Shown piece after piece: positions 11,377 through 21,895 of a stretch of DNA of 64,000 nucleotides. Position 1 is the first letter of the stretch. Every line of letters starts with the position of its first letter. The notes beneath the pieces were generated by a model, which saw only the letters and a program-made list of their open reading frames with translations, did no database searches and was not told where the DNA came from. The stretch covers positions 1 to 64,000 of the IMG/VR virus record IMGVR_UViG_3300042541_001760. One strand, written 5' to 3'. The position numbers were made by a program, and so were the translations under genes.

Positions 11377-12228
11377 ATGATAAATTTTAATGAAGAGTAT
11401 TTTTCTAAACCTTACTATTTCTACCTAAAGGATAGAGGTAACAAGGTATCTTTGTACTATTCCGTGTCAGAGACATTATCAGAGTCAAGAAAGCAGGACA
11501 AGAAAATGGATTTTGATAAAAAAGATAGTCCTAAAATTAAGAATTTGATCGGTAAAATAATGAAAAATAAATCGGTAAAATCTACCGATGAGGTAACAAA
11601 AAGTTTAAAAAATATAAAAACTAAAAAACCAACAGAACTTGAAGAGTTGGTTGATGACGACGGAACAATGTCAACTTCAAAAGTTCCAATCCTTAATAAG
11701 TGGTTGACACCTAAAAGAACGATGGACCAAACTATTGTTGCCACAAGACAAACTAATAACCCAATTACTCGTGGTTATAGAACTTATTATGGTGAAAGTG
11801 TTGAAGAAGAACCTACTGTTAATGAAATTGATTACTCGGATGCTTTTGGATATGAAGAAACAAAAGATATGGACGGTAAAGATACATTCAAATCTTTAGT
11901 TAAAACTTTGGGTATGGAACCTGATGAAGCAAAACAAAGAACAAAACAATTCGGCAAAGACCCGTCAGGCAAAAGAGATAAAAAATCCAAATATAAAAAC
12001 GATAAAAATTTTATTGCTAAGATGACAATTTCCGAAAGAGAAAAAATGGAAATGAGTAAAATGGTTGATGAAATGTTGGCAAAAAGATCGAAGGATAATT
12101 CCGAAGTTCAAAATAAAGAAACCACCGTAAGTAAAATGTTAAAGAAAAATATTGAAGCGATTAAAAAAATTGCGGATAACGAAGGTATCTCAATAAACCA
12201 ACTAATTAAAATTCTTAAAAGTGAATAA
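11377..12228 (+). CDS. Hypothetical protein (probable virion/internal)
   Basis: 283-aa Lys/Glu-rich ORF downstream of TATTTAT; ends ...LIKILKSE. Confidence 0.75.
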   Translation: MINFNEEYFSKPYYFYLKDRGNKVSLYYSVSETLSESRKQDKKMDFDKKDSPKIKNLIGKIMKNKSVKSTDEVTKSLKNIKTKKPTELEELVDDDGTMSTSKVPILNKWLTPKRTMDQTIVATRQTNNPITRGYRTYYGESVEEEPTVNEIDYSDAFGYEETKDMDGKDTFKSLVKTLGMEPDEAKQRTKQFGKDPSGKRDKKSKYKNDKNFIAKMTISEREKMEMSKMVDEMLAKRSKDNSEVQNKETTVSKMLKKNIEAIKKIADNEGISINQLIKILKSE

Positions 12229-12691
12229 GGATTTATACGGAAAAGAGATTAAGATTCCTGTGGAGATTAAAAATCACCTTAAGAATTCTTCTATGTCAAT
12301 AGGTGAAACATCCGAAAACGAAGAAGGGGCGAAAAGAAATAAGGAACTTCAAGACCAAGAATCAATGACCTACCAACAACTAAAAAGGGTTAAGAATTGG
12401 TTTGACGATTATAATGGAAATAAAGAAGACGCTCCATATATTTTAAATGGTGGAGATTATATGAAAAAATGGGTGGATGATACGTTAAATTATTTAAGAA
12501 CGGATATTTATAATACAAAGAAAAATAGATCTGAAGTGTTACCGAATCAATTTAATTCTGACCACACAAAGGACGATTTAAAAACAATGAATAGACCAAG
12601 TAAATCACATAATAACCCCATTGACCAATATAATATTAAAATAACAGAAAACCTGAAAAGGATAAACGAAATAATGAAAAAAATAATCTAA
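12221..12691 (+). CDS. Hypothetical protein
   Basis: 156-aa ORF overlapping the previous gene; C-terminal ITENLKRINEIMKKII helix. Confidence 0.75.
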   Translation: MNKDLYGKEIKIPVEIKNHLKNSSMSIGETSENEEGAKRNKELQDQESMTYQQLKRVKNWFDDYNGNKEDAPYILNGGDYMKKWVDDTLNYLRTDIYNTKKNRSEVLPNQFNSDHTKDDLKTMNRPSKSHNNPIDQYNIKITENLKRINEIMKKII

Positions 12692-12692
12692 C

Positions 12693-12983
12693 ATGGCAAC
12701 ACTTTTTCCAATTGATTTTACTCAACCAAACAACGCTTTGGGACAAATCGCAAAAGAAGAAAGAATTAGAGAAATTAAAATAAACGATTACAAACAAACC
12801 GCAAACGAATATTCGTCAGTTAATAGGGACGCAATGGCCGATGGGGATGGTTTTGGTAAAGGTACTGGTATCTTTCTTGACATCTTAAATGGTGGTTCGT
12901 CTGACGATTTCAGAGAAAGAAAAGAACAAATTAAAATCAACGCTTTCCAAGTAAGCAAACCATACACTACACCTAAGGCTTAA
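12693..12983 (+). CDS. Small hypothetical protein with internal repeat
   Basis: REIKINDY...EYS and EQIKINAF..KPY; coupled in the operon. Confidence 0.75.
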   Translation: MATLFPIDFTQPNNALGQIAKEERIREIKINDYKQTANEYSSVNRDAMADGDGFGKGTGIFLDILNGGSSDDFRERKEQIKINAFQVSKPYTTPKA

Positions 12984-13390
12984 TGAAACTTTACAACAGT
13001 TTAAAATCCCTTATCCTTGAGATAGCGTCAGTTGACTCTGTTACCGACTCTATTAAGAATCGACAAGTTGTCTCAATTTACTATACGGGTGACGAACCTG
13101 GAGGTAAAGGATTAAGGATTATTGAACCTGTTTGTTTAGGATATAGTAAAGCGGGAAACTTAGTGTTAAGGGCTTGGGATACTGACGGAGCGTCGCATAC
13201 CGCTTATTTGGGTAAACAACCCAAACCTAGTTGGAGATTATTTAGATTGGATAAAATCGTAATGTATAAATCAACGGGGGATACATTTAATGAGGCTAGA
13301 CCAAACTACAATCTTAGTGGGGATAAAAGTATGACAAACGTTTTAATTAACGCAAAATTTGATAATACACCAACACAACAAATAGCATAA
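12983..13390 (+). CDS. Stand-alone WYL-domain protein
   Basis: SIKNRQVVSIYY...LRIIEPVCLG...VLRAWD...SWRLFRLDKI follows the WYL pattern; no HTH domain. Confidence 0.8.
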   Translation: MKLYNSLKSLILEIASVDSVTDSIKNRQVVSIYYTGDEPGGKGLRIIEPVCLGYSKAGNLVLRAWDTDGASHTAYLGKQPKPSWRLFRLDKIVMYKSTGDTFNEARPNYNLSGDKSMTNVLINAKFDNTPTQQIA

Positions 13391-13391
13391 C

Positions 13392-14003
13392 ATGAGAACA
13401 GAAAATGATTTGATACAAAAACTTATGATATCCAAAAAAATAATGGATAAGCATAGTGAGATGCCAAGAGGCGGAGTTTCTGAAGGTTTGTCAAACTACT
13501 CAACACCTGAAGTTGCCGAATATAACGCACCTCAAGCGACATTCAATATTCCAAATGAATATCTAAGTGAATCGGAAATTAGTAAACCTGTTAATAATAA
13601 TCCACAACCATTAACGAAGGATAGGATTTTAAGTTCTAAATTACCCGACGAAATTAAAAGGTTGATGATGGAACATCCAATAGACCAACCAAACCAAGGT
13701 GGGGCGACATTATCTGACGACTTAGTTCAAAAAGCGGCTAGATTAATGAATACTAATAAGGGGTCTATTAATGAAACATCAACACCTAAAAAAACACAAC
13801 AATCACAACCCCAACCTAAACAACAACAATCGTCAATTAACTTGAACGAAATTAGAGATGTTATTAGAGAAACTGTGGAAGATGTATTAAAAGAAAATGG
13901 TTTATTAGTTGAGAGTACATCAAGAACGAATGATTTATTCACATTTAAAGTTGGTAAACATATATTTGAAGGTAAATTAACAAAAATAAAAAAAATTAGT
14001 TAG
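13392..14003 (+). CDS. Hypothetical protein
   Basis: 203-aa ORF; EIRDVIRETVEDVLKENGLLVES helix. Confidence 0.75.
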   Translation: MRTENDLIQKLMISKKIMDKHSEMPRGGVSEGLSNYSTPEVAEYNAPQATFNIPNEYLSESEISKPVNNNPQPLTKDRILSSKLPDEIKRLMMEHPIDQPNQGGATLSDDLVQKAARLMNTNKGSINETSTPKKTQQSQPQPKQQQSSINLNEIRDVIRETVEDVLKENGLLVESTSRTNDLFTFKVGKHIFEGKLTKIKKIS

Positions 14004-14026
14004 TATTAGTTTTATTAATTTTATAT

Positions 14027-14057
14027 AACCCTACGGCAATTAGTCGTGGGGTTTTTT
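14027..14057 (+). terminator. Rho-independent terminator
   Basis: AACCCTACGGC-AATTA-GTCGTGGGGTT hairpin followed by a T tract, after the 11377-14003 operon. Confidence 0.8.
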
Positions 14058-14077
14058 ATTTTATATTAGCCAATAAC

Positions 14078-14106
14078 TTGAATTAGTGTTAAAATATCTT
14101 TATACT
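14078..14106 (+). promoter_or_regulatory. sigma70-type promoter heading the glycan island
   Basis: TTGAAT-N17-TATACT, 22 nt upstream of ATG 14129. Confidence 0.65.
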
Positions 14107-14128
14107 TTGGGAAACACAATTATTTAAT

Positions 14129-15355
14129 ATGACAAAAATTAAAGTATTAGTCCTCCCCTCAGATAAAACGGGTGTAGGTAAATTCAGATCCGTTGACCCC
14201 CACACTTTCCTACAAAATATGTACCCTGATGATTTTCATGTGGACATTGACTACGAACCACGTATTAACGATATGAATTATTGGAAACAATATCAGATTG
14301 TTCATATCCATAGAAATATCGGACATTCATACGAACAAACCCCTAACATTATTAAAATGTTAAGGAGTATGGGTATTGTTACAATTGTTGATTTGGATGA
14401 TTATTGGATGCCTGGTAAAGAACATCCGATTCACGACATTATCAGAGCAAATAAGATTAATGAAAAAATCGTGGAGAATCTTAGACATCCTGACTATGTT
14501 ACAACCACCACCACTATTTTTGCTGACGAGATTAAAAAGTTTAACAAAAATGTGGAGATTTTCCCCAACGCAATTGACCCAAAAGAAAGTCAATTTAATG
14601 AACTAACATTACCATCTGATAAGATTCGTGTTGGTTGGTTGGGCGGATCATCTCACTTACATGATTTAATGTTATTGGACGGAATGGTTTCAAAACTAAA
14701 TCCAATTCAGGATAAATTACAATTTGTCGTTTGCGGATTTGATACAAGAGGAACTATCACTGAAATTAATCAACAAACGGGAGAACAAAAACAACGACCA
14801 ATACTACCACACGAAACGGTATGGGCTAAATATGAATCAATCTTCACGAACAATTATCAAATCATAACACCTGAATATAAAACATTCTTGGATAAGTTTA
14901 AGGAAGAATATTATGAAGGTGAGGAGTTTGGTAACTACCGAAGGGTATGGACTAAACCTGTTACGTCATATGCAACTAACTATTCAAAGTTTGATATCTC
15001 GTTAGCCCCAATTAAGAATCACATTTTTAATCGTGTTAAGTCACAACTTAAAGTTATTGAGGCGGGATTCTATAAGAAAGCAATTATCGCATCTGAAGTC
15101 GGACCTTATACGGTTGATTTGAAACACGCACTTAAAGATGGTAAATTTACAGATGGAAATGCTTTAATGGTTAAAGATTCAAGAAATCATAGTGATTGGG
15201 CTTCAAACATTAAGAAATTGGTTGATAATCCTAATATGATTATTGATATGGGTGAGCGTCTTTATGAGACAGTAAAAGACGAATATGACCTAAATAATGT
15301 AACAAGAAAACGTGCTGATTGGTACAAAGAAATTGTAAATAAAAAGAACAAATGA
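14129..15355 (+). CDS. GT-B fold (GT4-like) glycosyltransferase
   Basis: DLDDYW, RVGWLGGSSHLHDL, DISLAP...FNRVKSQLKVIEAG motifs. Confidence 0.8.
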   Translation: MTKIKVLVLPSDKTGVGKFRSVDPHTFLQNMYPDDFHVDIDYEPRINDMNYWKQYQIVHIHRNIGHSYEQTPNIIKMLRSMGIVTIVDLDDYWMPGKEHPIHDIIRANKINEKIVENLRHPDYVTTTTTIFADEIKKFNKNVEIFPNAIDPKESQFNELTLPSDKIRVGWLGGSSHLHDLMLLDGMVSKLNPIQDKLQFVVCGFDTRGTITEINQQTGEQKQRPILPHETVWAKYESIFTNNYQIITPEYKTFLDKFKEEYYEGEEFGNYRRVWTKPVTSYATNYSKFDISLAPIKNHIFNRVKSQLKVIEAGFYKKAIIASEVGPYTVDLKHALKDGKFTDGNALMVKDSRNHSDWASNIKKLVDNPNMIIDMGERLYETVKDEYDLNNVTRKRADWYKEIVNKKNK

Positions 15356-16086
15356 TAAACATCCCAATTACTAAAATATTATTTTTGGATATTGAAACTG
15401 TAGGTATATCTAAGGACTATAACACTTGTAAAAGTGAACGTCCTGAGATTGCCGAACAATTCTCAAAATACTTTGATTGGTTTTTAAAACGTTTTACTGA
15501 AGATGCTAACTTTAATTTAGTTGGTAATGGATCCACCGAAGAAGAACATATGGATTATGTTTTTAAAAAAAGATCCGCACTTGTTCCTGAGTTTGCGAAA
15601 ATTGTTTGTGTGTCAGTTTCATTCGTAACAGATAAAGGTGATATTAAATCACAAACTTTTTCAGGTGATGATGAAAAACAAGTATTGTTGGATAGTCAAA
15701 ACTTATTGGAGAGATGTGGTAAATTAGGATTCTATTTGTGTGGACATAACCTAAAGAATTTTGATATTCCAATGCTCGCAAAACGAATGGTTATCAACGG
15801 ATTATTACCACCATCAATACTTCCAAGTTATGATACAAAGCCTTGGGAAATTAAAGCGATTGACACCAAAGAAATTTGGCAGTTCGGTTCTTATACCTCA
15901 ATTGGGTCTTTGGATTTAATGTGTACTTGTATGGACATACCTTCACCAAAAGAGGGTGAGATAACAGGGGAAAAAGTTCATGATTCTTATTGGATTGATG
16001 GTAAATTGAAAGAGATTGCCGAATACTGCGAACGAGATGTTAAGGTATTGGTAGATGTAATAAAAAAATTAAAAGAATTGAAATAA
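15352..16086 (+). CDS. PolB-related 3'-5' exonuclease (DEDD family)
   Basis: LFLDIETV, GHNLKNFDIP and YCERDV exonuclease motifs. Confidence 0.85.
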   Translation: MINIPITKILFLDIETVGISKDYNTCKSERPEIAEQFSKYFDWFLKRFTEDANFNLVGNGSTEEEHMDYVFKKRSALVPEFAKIVCVSVSFVTDKGDIKSQTFSGDDEKQVLLDSQNLLERCGKLGFYLCGHNLKNFDIPMLAKRMVINGLLPPSILPSYDTKPWEIKAIDTKEIWQFGSYTSIGSLDLMCTCMDIPSPKEGEITGEKVHDSYWIDGKLKEIAEYCERDVKVLVDVIKKLKELK

Positions 16087-16709
16087 TGGAAGACCAAAAG
16101 GAGTTTGAAGAAATGCAAGCTAAACTACTACAACTTAAGGAGTTCATATCACAAAATATGGGAGACCATGAGGAGGAAGAAGATGAGGATATTGATTATG
16201 ATTTAATCAAATCTGAATTCGGTGTTGATTTAATGGCAATGGAGAATGAAATTATGTCACGTAAAGAACAATCTCCGTTAAAATATAACCTTGTTCATCC
16301 TGACGCAATTGACCCAAAATATAATTACGAATCCGACTCAGGATTTGATTTATATTCAGTTGAGGATATTGTTATACCCCCATTTGGTAGGGCATTAGTT
16401 CCGACGGGTATTTGTTTTGACATTCCCGAAGGATTGGAGATTCAAGTTAGAACAAAGAGTGGATTGGCTATTAATCAGGGTTTAATGGTAATGAATTCAC
16501 CTGGAACGGTAGATGCGGGTTACAATGGAGAAGTTAAAGCAATTATATTTAATACTAATAACTCTGAATTCACAATTAAGAAGGGTATGAAAGTTGCTCA
16601 AGGTGTATTATGTCCCGTATTAGCCGGTGGATATGTGGAATTAATTAAAGTATCGGAAATAAAAGAAAAAGACAGAAACTCAAACGGTTTCGGATCAACA
16701 GGAATATGA
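16086..16709 (+). CDS. dut: dUTPase with acidic N-terminal extension
   Basis: DSGFDL, RTKSGLA, GTVDAGYNGE and RNSNGFGSTG motifs. Confidence 0.92.
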   Translation: MEDQKEFEEMQAKLLQLKEFISQNMGDHEEEEDEDIDYDLIKSEFGVDLMAMENEIMSRKEQSPLKYNLVHPDAIDPKYNYESDSGFDLYSVEDIVIPPFGRALVPTGICFDIPEGLEIQVRTKSGLAINQGLMVMNSPGTVDAGYNGEVKAIIFNTNNSEFTIKKGMKVAQGVLCPVLAGGYVELIKVSEIKEKDRNSNGFGSTGI

Positions 16710-18340
16710 TAACAATAGGGTATAGTACAAGAACATCAAATCCACAATTTTCCGAATATTTGAAAAAATCATCAGGATTAAAGGATGTTGAGGTGATTGA
16801 GAAAGTTAATAATGGTGAAAAGTCATTGTCTCAGGTTTATAATGAGATAATTGACGAATCATCAAATGACATTATTGTGCTTTGTCACGACGACATCTAT
16901 TTTGACACAAAGAATTGGGGTAAAAGATTATTAAGGTCTTTTGAAAAAAATCCTGAGTTTGGTATCTTGGGAGTTGCTGGAAGCACTTATATGCCAAAAT
17001 CAGGTCAATGGTGGGAAGATAGATCAAAAATGGTTGGTGTAGTTAATCACGAACATCAAGGTAAAAAATGGGAGTCTAAGTACTCAATAAATGAAGAGCA
17101 TGAAATTAAGGAAACTGTTATAGTCGATGGATTATTTATTGCTTTAAATAAAAATAAAATAAAAAAAGGATTCGACGAATCTGTTGAGGGTTTTCATTTT
17201 TATGATGTTGAATTCTCATTTCAAAATCATTTAGACGGGGTTAAGGTCGGTGTTATGTTTAACGTAAGGGTAACCCATAAATCAATTGGGCAAACTAATC
17301 AGAAGTGGGAGGAAAATAGAAATATTTTCGCGGAAAAAAATAAAAACATATTACCCATTAAGATAAAATACAAAGACACTGATAAACTTAATGTTTTAAT
17401 AGGATGTCTATTTTTTCAAAAATTCACAGGTTCAGAAATGTATGTTTTTGAGTTATCAAAGAATTTAATTAAATTAAATTGTAATGTAACCATTGTTGCA
17501 TCTGAAACAAATGGACCTTTAGTTAGTATAGCCGAAAAATTGGGTGTAAAAGTTAAAAATATTAAAGAGTCACCAGGATATAAATTAGGTGATGGTAAGT
17601 GGATGCTTAATACACAAAATGGTCAAGAAATATCAAAACCGAATCAATATTATAAAATGTCGGAAGTTAATTTTGATATTATTCATTGCCAACACAAACC
17701 AATAGTCGATGTGTTAAATATGTTGTATCCAACAATAGATAAGATATGTACTATACACTCTGAAGTAATTGATTTGGAAAATCCAGTAATACACCCAACA
17801 ATTAAAAAATACATTGCGATTAGACCCGAAATAAAAGACCAAATAGTAAATAAATTTGGAATTGATGAAAATCTTGTTGAGGTTATTTATAACCCTGTTG
17901 ACGAAACAAAGTTTTATAATAAAAATCTAAAATCAAAAAATTATATATTATTTGTTGGGTCAATTGATTATTTAAGAGAAAAAACGATTAGAGATTTAAT
18001 TGAGGTATCTAAAAATGAAAATAAAGAACTGTGGTTAGTGGGAGAAAATAAATCAAATTATTTGAATGAGATACTCCTAAATAATCACGTTAAACATTTC
18101 GGACCGACATTAGATGTAAATAAATATATTCACGAATGTAGTGAAACTGCCGGTATTTTATTGGGTAGAACAACAATAGAAAGTTGGATGAGTGGAAAAC
18201 CAAGTTGGATTTACAATGTGGATAATTTGGGTAATATTATAGGGAAGGAACTACACGAGTGTCCGAATGATTTGGAAAAATTTAACTCAAAAGTAGTATC
18301 AGAAAAAATAAAAGAAGAATATATAAAAATTTTAAATTAG
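16706..18340 (+). CDS. Bifunctional glycosyltransferase (GT-A/GT2-like plus GT-B/GT4-like)
   Basis: N-terminal VLCHDDIYF and FHFYDVEF; C-terminal GSEMYVFELSKNL...IYNPVDE...LGRTTIE. Confidence 0.75.
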   Translation: MITIGYSTRTSNPQFSEYLKKSSGLKDVEVIEKVNNGEKSLSQVYNEIIDESSNDIIVLCHDDIYFDTKNWGKRLLRSFEKNPEFGILGVAGSTYMPKSGQWWEDRSKMVGVVNHEHQGKKWESKYSINEEHEIKETVIVDGLFIALNKNKIKKGFDESVEGFHFYDVEFSFQNHLDGVKVGVMFNVRVTHKSIGQTNQKWEENRNIFAEKNKNILPIKIKYKDTDKLNVLIGCLFFQKFTGSEMYVFELSKNLIKLNCNVTIVASETNGPLVSIAEKLGVKVKNIKESPGYKLGDGKWMLNTQNGQEISKPNQYYKMSEVNFDIIHCQHKPIVDVLNMLYPTIDKICTIHSEVIDLENPVIHPTIKKYIAIRPEIKDQIVNKFGIDENLVEVIYNPVDETKFYNKNLKSKNYILFVGSIDYLREKTIRDLIEVSKNENKELWLVGENKSNYLNEILLNNHVKHFGPTLDVNKYIHECSETAGILLGRTTIESWMSGKPSWIYNVDNLGNIIGKELHECPNDLEKFNSKVVSEKIKEEYIKILN

Positions 18341-18341
18341 T

Positions 18342-18962
18342 ATGGGATTTAATAAGTTTTTTGAAAATATTTTTTGTATTAACTTGGATAAAAGGAAGGA
18401 TAGGTGGTCATTTTTTACCGAAGAAATGAAAAAAAATTCTATTGATAATGTTGTTAGATATGAAGGGATTGATGGGGATGAAATCCATAACCCAACAAAC
18501 ATGCTAAACGGAGAATTAGGTATATTATTAACACACCTATCTTTAATAAAAGAATGTAAAAAACGTAATTATAAAAATGTTTTAATTTTTGAGGATGATA
18601 TAATTTTGAATGAAAATTATAATAATTTTGATGATTATATGAATCAAATACCTGATGATTGGGATTTTATTTATTTTGGTGGAAATCATGTTTATGGTAA
18701 AACTCCTGAAAAAATTAATAATAATGTTTTAAAATTGAATTATACAGTGTCATTACATTGTGTTGCGATTAGTAATACAATGTTTGACGTTATTATTAAT
18801 AAATTAAGCGCGTTCGAAAAACAAGTGGATGCTTGTTATGCCGACCTGCATAAGTCAGTTAATTGTTATGGCATCACACCCAACTTAGCATTACAAAAAG
18901 AAGGGTATAGTAATATACAAAATAAAACAGTAAACTATTATAGTTTTTTCCAAAATATATGA
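18342..18962 (+). CDS. GT25-family glycosyltransferase
   Basis: FCINLDKRKDRW, GELGILLTH and VLIFEDD motifs. Confidence 0.8.
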   Translation: MGFNKFFENIFCINLDKRKDRWSFFTEEMKKNSIDNVVRYEGIDGDEIHNPTNMLNGELGILLTHLSLIKECKKRNYKNVLIFEDDIILNENYNNFDDYMNQIPDDWDFIYFGGNHVYGKTPEKINNNVLKLNYTVSLHCVAISNTMFDVIINKLSAFEKQVDACYADLHKSVNCYGITPNLALQKEGYSNIQNKTVNYYSFFQNI

Positions 18963-19774
18963 AAAATTTTTATACTGCTTATTTAATGGGTGGATTGGGA
19001 AATCAAATGTTTCAAATGGCGCACGCAATATCCCAATCTTGGAAACATGACTCCGATTGTTTTTTTTTAAAAAAATCCGAAACGCCAGGTGATGGTAAAC
19101 AACCAAACAATTACATTAATAATATTTATAAAAATTTCAAATTTTCTGATGATGATAAATTTGATTTATTAATAAGAGAAAATCACTTTAATGATGCTAA
19201 AATCAATATAACACCAAATAAATCTATTAAATTTTGGGGGTACTTCCAAAGTAGTAAAAATTTCTTAGGGTATGATGAAAAAATTAAATCTATTTTTGAA
19301 CCTGATTTAGATTTTATAAAAAAAATAAAAAGTAAATTTCCACAATTAAATGGGAATACTACCTCTTTACACATAAGAAGGGGTGATTATTTATCAATAA
19401 CTAATATATTACCCATAATAGATAAAACATATTTTGATTTTTGTTTAAAAGAAATTGGTGACTATGGTCAAATTTTTATTTTTACTAACGATAAAGAATG
19501 GGTTAAAAATAATATAAAATATGAAAATTCAATTATTGTAACTGATTTGGAAGATTATGAAGAATTATGGATGATGAGTTTGTGTACTAATAACATATTA
19601 TCTAATTCTAGCTTTTCTTGGTGGGGTGGGTTTTTAAATAAAAATACTAATAAAAAAGTTATGGTGCCGAGTATTTGGTTTGGACCACAGGGGATACATC
19701 CACATTTTAATATTTTTGAAAAGGATTGGACGAAAATAAATGTTTTTTATGAAAATGGTATGTTAAAAACATAA
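18959..19774 (+). CDS. GT11 alpha-1,2-fucosyltransferase-like
   Basis: GGLGNQMFQ, GYFQS, HIRRGDY and NSSFSWWG motifs. Confidence 0.88.
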   Translation: MKNFYTAYLMGGLGNQMFQMAHAISQSWKHDSDCFFLKKSETPGDGKQPNNYINNIYKNFKFSDDDKFDLLIRENHFNDAKINITPNKSIKFWGYFQSSKNFLGYDEKIKSIFEPDLDFIKKIKSKFPQLNGNTTSLHIRRGDYLSITNILPIIDKTYFDFCLKEIGDYGQIFIFTNDKEWVKNNIKYENSIIVTDLEDYEELWMMSLCTNNILSNSSFSWWGGFLNKNTNKKVMVPSIWFGPQGIHPHFNIFEKDWTKINVFYENGMLKT

Positions 19775-19811
19775 TTTACTTAAAATAAAAAAAAGTTAAT
19801 ATTATATTGTT

Positions 19812-20603
19812 ATGGGAGTAAGGATAATTTATAATGGTAGATGTGGAAATAGAGTTTTTCAGTATGTTACCGCAAGAATTTTTGCGGAAAAAAATAAATT
19901 AAATTTAGAAACGGGGTTAGGTTGCGACATTGTAAAAACGAGTCCAATTAAAAATTTTGATGAATCATCCTGTTCACATGAAATTGGAATAAATTCATCA
20001 TCATTCGTGAACGATGAAATATTGTTTAGTGGTATCCACTACCATTATATATTCAGTGACTATTTTCAAAATTGTGTTTATATTAACAATAATAAAGAAT
20101 TGGTTAGAACTTTCTTTGATTTACCTGAGTTTGAAAAAAATACAAAAGATATTGTTTTACATCTTAGATTAGATGATAAAGTCCACTCAAGTGATATTAA
20201 TAATCCCGAAAATTGGGATAATGCGGAAATAATTCACCCTGATTACTATAAAAAAATACTTGATTTTGAAACATACGAAAAAATATATATTGTGGTTGAT
20301 AAAATAAAATATGATTGGGAAAAAAAATATTTATCTTATTTTGATAAATACAATCCAATTATAGTTAGTCAAACTCCGTATGAAGATTTTATGTTTATGA
20401 GGACATTTAATAAAATTATAACCTCAACAAGCACTTACTCTTATTGGTCAGCGTTTTTAAGTGATGCGGAAAAAATATACACATTTAAAAATGCGGGACA
20501 TCTTGGAATTAATTTAAGGTCACACGGGAGTCATGTTAAAGAACTTTGGAACATAAAAAATACATCTATTGCTATAGATGAAAAATTTTACTTTGGAATA
20601 TGA
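19812..20603 (+). CDS. Divergent GT11-like glycosyltransferase
   Basis: GRCGNRVFQY, DYFQ, LHLRLDD and STSTYSYWSAFLS parallel the GT11 motifs. Confidence 0.7.
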   Translation: MGVRIIYNGRCGNRVFQYVTARIFAEKNKLNLETGLGCDIVKTSPIKNFDESSCSHEIGINSSSFVNDEILFSGIHYHYIFSDYFQNCVYINNNKELVRTFFDLPEFEKNTKDIVLHLRLDDKVHSSDINNPENWDNAEIIHPDYYKKILDFETYEKIYIVVDKIKYDWEKKYLSYFDKYNPIIVSQTPYEDFMFMRTFNKIITSTSTYSYWSAFLSDAEKIYTFKNAGHLGINLRSHGSHVKELWNIKNTSIAIDEKFYFGI

Positions 20604-20659
20604 AAAATTATAATTTAGAATTATATAACGAATCAAATTATAAATTTAGTAAAATATGA
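20600..20659 (+). other. 19-codon mini-ORF coupled at both ends (gene remnant or translational coupler)
   Basis: MKNYNLELYNESNYKFSKI; ATGA overlap with both neighbouring genes. Confidence 0.5.
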
Positions 20660-21672
20660 AAAAAATAATCGTATTGGGTGGTGGTGGTTTCATAGGTGGT
20701 CACTTAGCTAAAAGAAAAAAAGATGAAGGTAATTGGGTTAGAGTTGTTGATATTAAAAAACATGAATATTATAATCATGATGAAATATGTCACGAATTTA
20801 TTATTGGTGATTTAACAGATTATAATTTTGTTAAATCAATAATTGATGAAGATGTTGATGAAATATACCAATTAGCCGCGGATATGGGTGGAGCTCTTTA
20901 TATATTTACAGGTGAAAATGATGCGGATGTTATGTATAATTCGGCTACTATCAACCTTAATGTTCTAAAAGAATGCGTAAATAAAAAAGTCAAAAAAATA
21001 TTTTATTCTTCTTCTGCATGTATATACCCAGAACATAATCAATTAGATTCTAATAATCCAATATGTGAAGAAAGTTCGGCGTATCCCGCAAATCCTGATT
21101 CTGAATATGGGTGGGAAAAATTATTTAGCGAAAGATTGTATCTATCTTTTAATAGAAATTATGGGTTAGACGTTAGAATCGCAAGATTTCATAATATATT
21201 TGGACCATATGGAACTTGGGAGGGTGGTAAAGAAAAATCGCCAGCGGCGTTGTGTAGAAAAATTGCGGAGTGTGAAGAAAATGGTGAAATTGAGGTTTGG
21301 GGGGACGGAAAACAGACTAGATCATTTTTATTTATAGATGAGTGTTTAGAGGCGGTTTCAAGACTTATGGAGTCTGACTTTACAGGTCCAGTTAATATTG
21401 GTTCTGAGGAAATGGTTACAATAAATCAATTATCATCTATGATAATTGATATTTCAGATAAAAATGTTAAAATATTAAATTTATTTGGGGAAGAATTTTT
21501 TAAAAAATATGGTTTTAAATGTCCTTTAGGTGTTAAAGGACGTAATTCAGACAACAATTTATATAAACAAAAAATAGGGTGGGGTGTTAGCCAACCATTA
21601 TCAATAGGGTTAAAAAAAACATTTTATTGGATAAATAATCAAGTAAAAAAAAATAAAAAATATGAAAAATAA
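20656..21672 (+). CDS. NAD-dependent epimerase, GDP-mannose 3,5-epimerase-like
   Basis: GGGGFIG, QLAADMGG, YSSSACIYP, YGWEK, RFHNIFGP and KSPAALCRK. Confidence 0.85.
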   Translation: MKKIIVLGGGGFIGGHLAKRKKDEGNWVRVVDIKKHEYYNHDEICHEFIIGDLTDYNFVKSIIDEDVDEIYQLAADMGGALYIFTGENDADVMYNSATINLNVLKECVNKKVKKIFYSSSACIYPEHNQLDSNNPICEESSAYPANPDSEYGWEKLFSERLYLSFNRNYGLDVRIARFHNIFGPYGTWEGGKEKSPAALCRKIAECEENGEIEVWGDGKQTRSFLFIDECLEAVSRLMESDFTGPVNIGSEEMVTINQLSSMIIDISDKNVKILNLFGEEFFKKYGFKCPLGVKGRNSDNNLYKQKIGWGVSQPLSIGLKKTFYWINNQVKKNKKYEK

Positions 21673-21895
21673 TTACTATAAAAATAGAGAATTTGGGGAA
21701 TTAAAATTATCAATCAATGATTCATTTATGTGTGATGAATTTTATTCCTAAGCGGGTCAAGACATTTTTGTTATTAGCGTACTCAATGGAAAAAAAGAAG
21801 GTGTTTTTTTGGATATAGGAGCCTCAGATCCACAAATAATAAATAATACTTTTTTACTGGAAAAGAAATTTGGGTGGAAAGGGGTTCGTTTTTAA
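21662..21895 (+). pseudogene. 5' fragment of an FkbM-type methyltransferase with an internal stop
   Basis: ...DEFYS*AGQDIFVISVLNGKKEGVFLDIGASDPQIINNTFLLEKKFGWKG; TAA at 21749-21751 replaces the Gln (CAA) of the YSQxGQD motif. Confidence 0.8.

Noticed and set aside
21749-21751. TAA read as Gln (stop-codon reassignment)
   Set aside because: TAA, TGA and TAG all end genes at normal boundaries, and core genes are full length in code 11; the site is in a gene also truncated by deletion, so a nonsense mutation is simpler.
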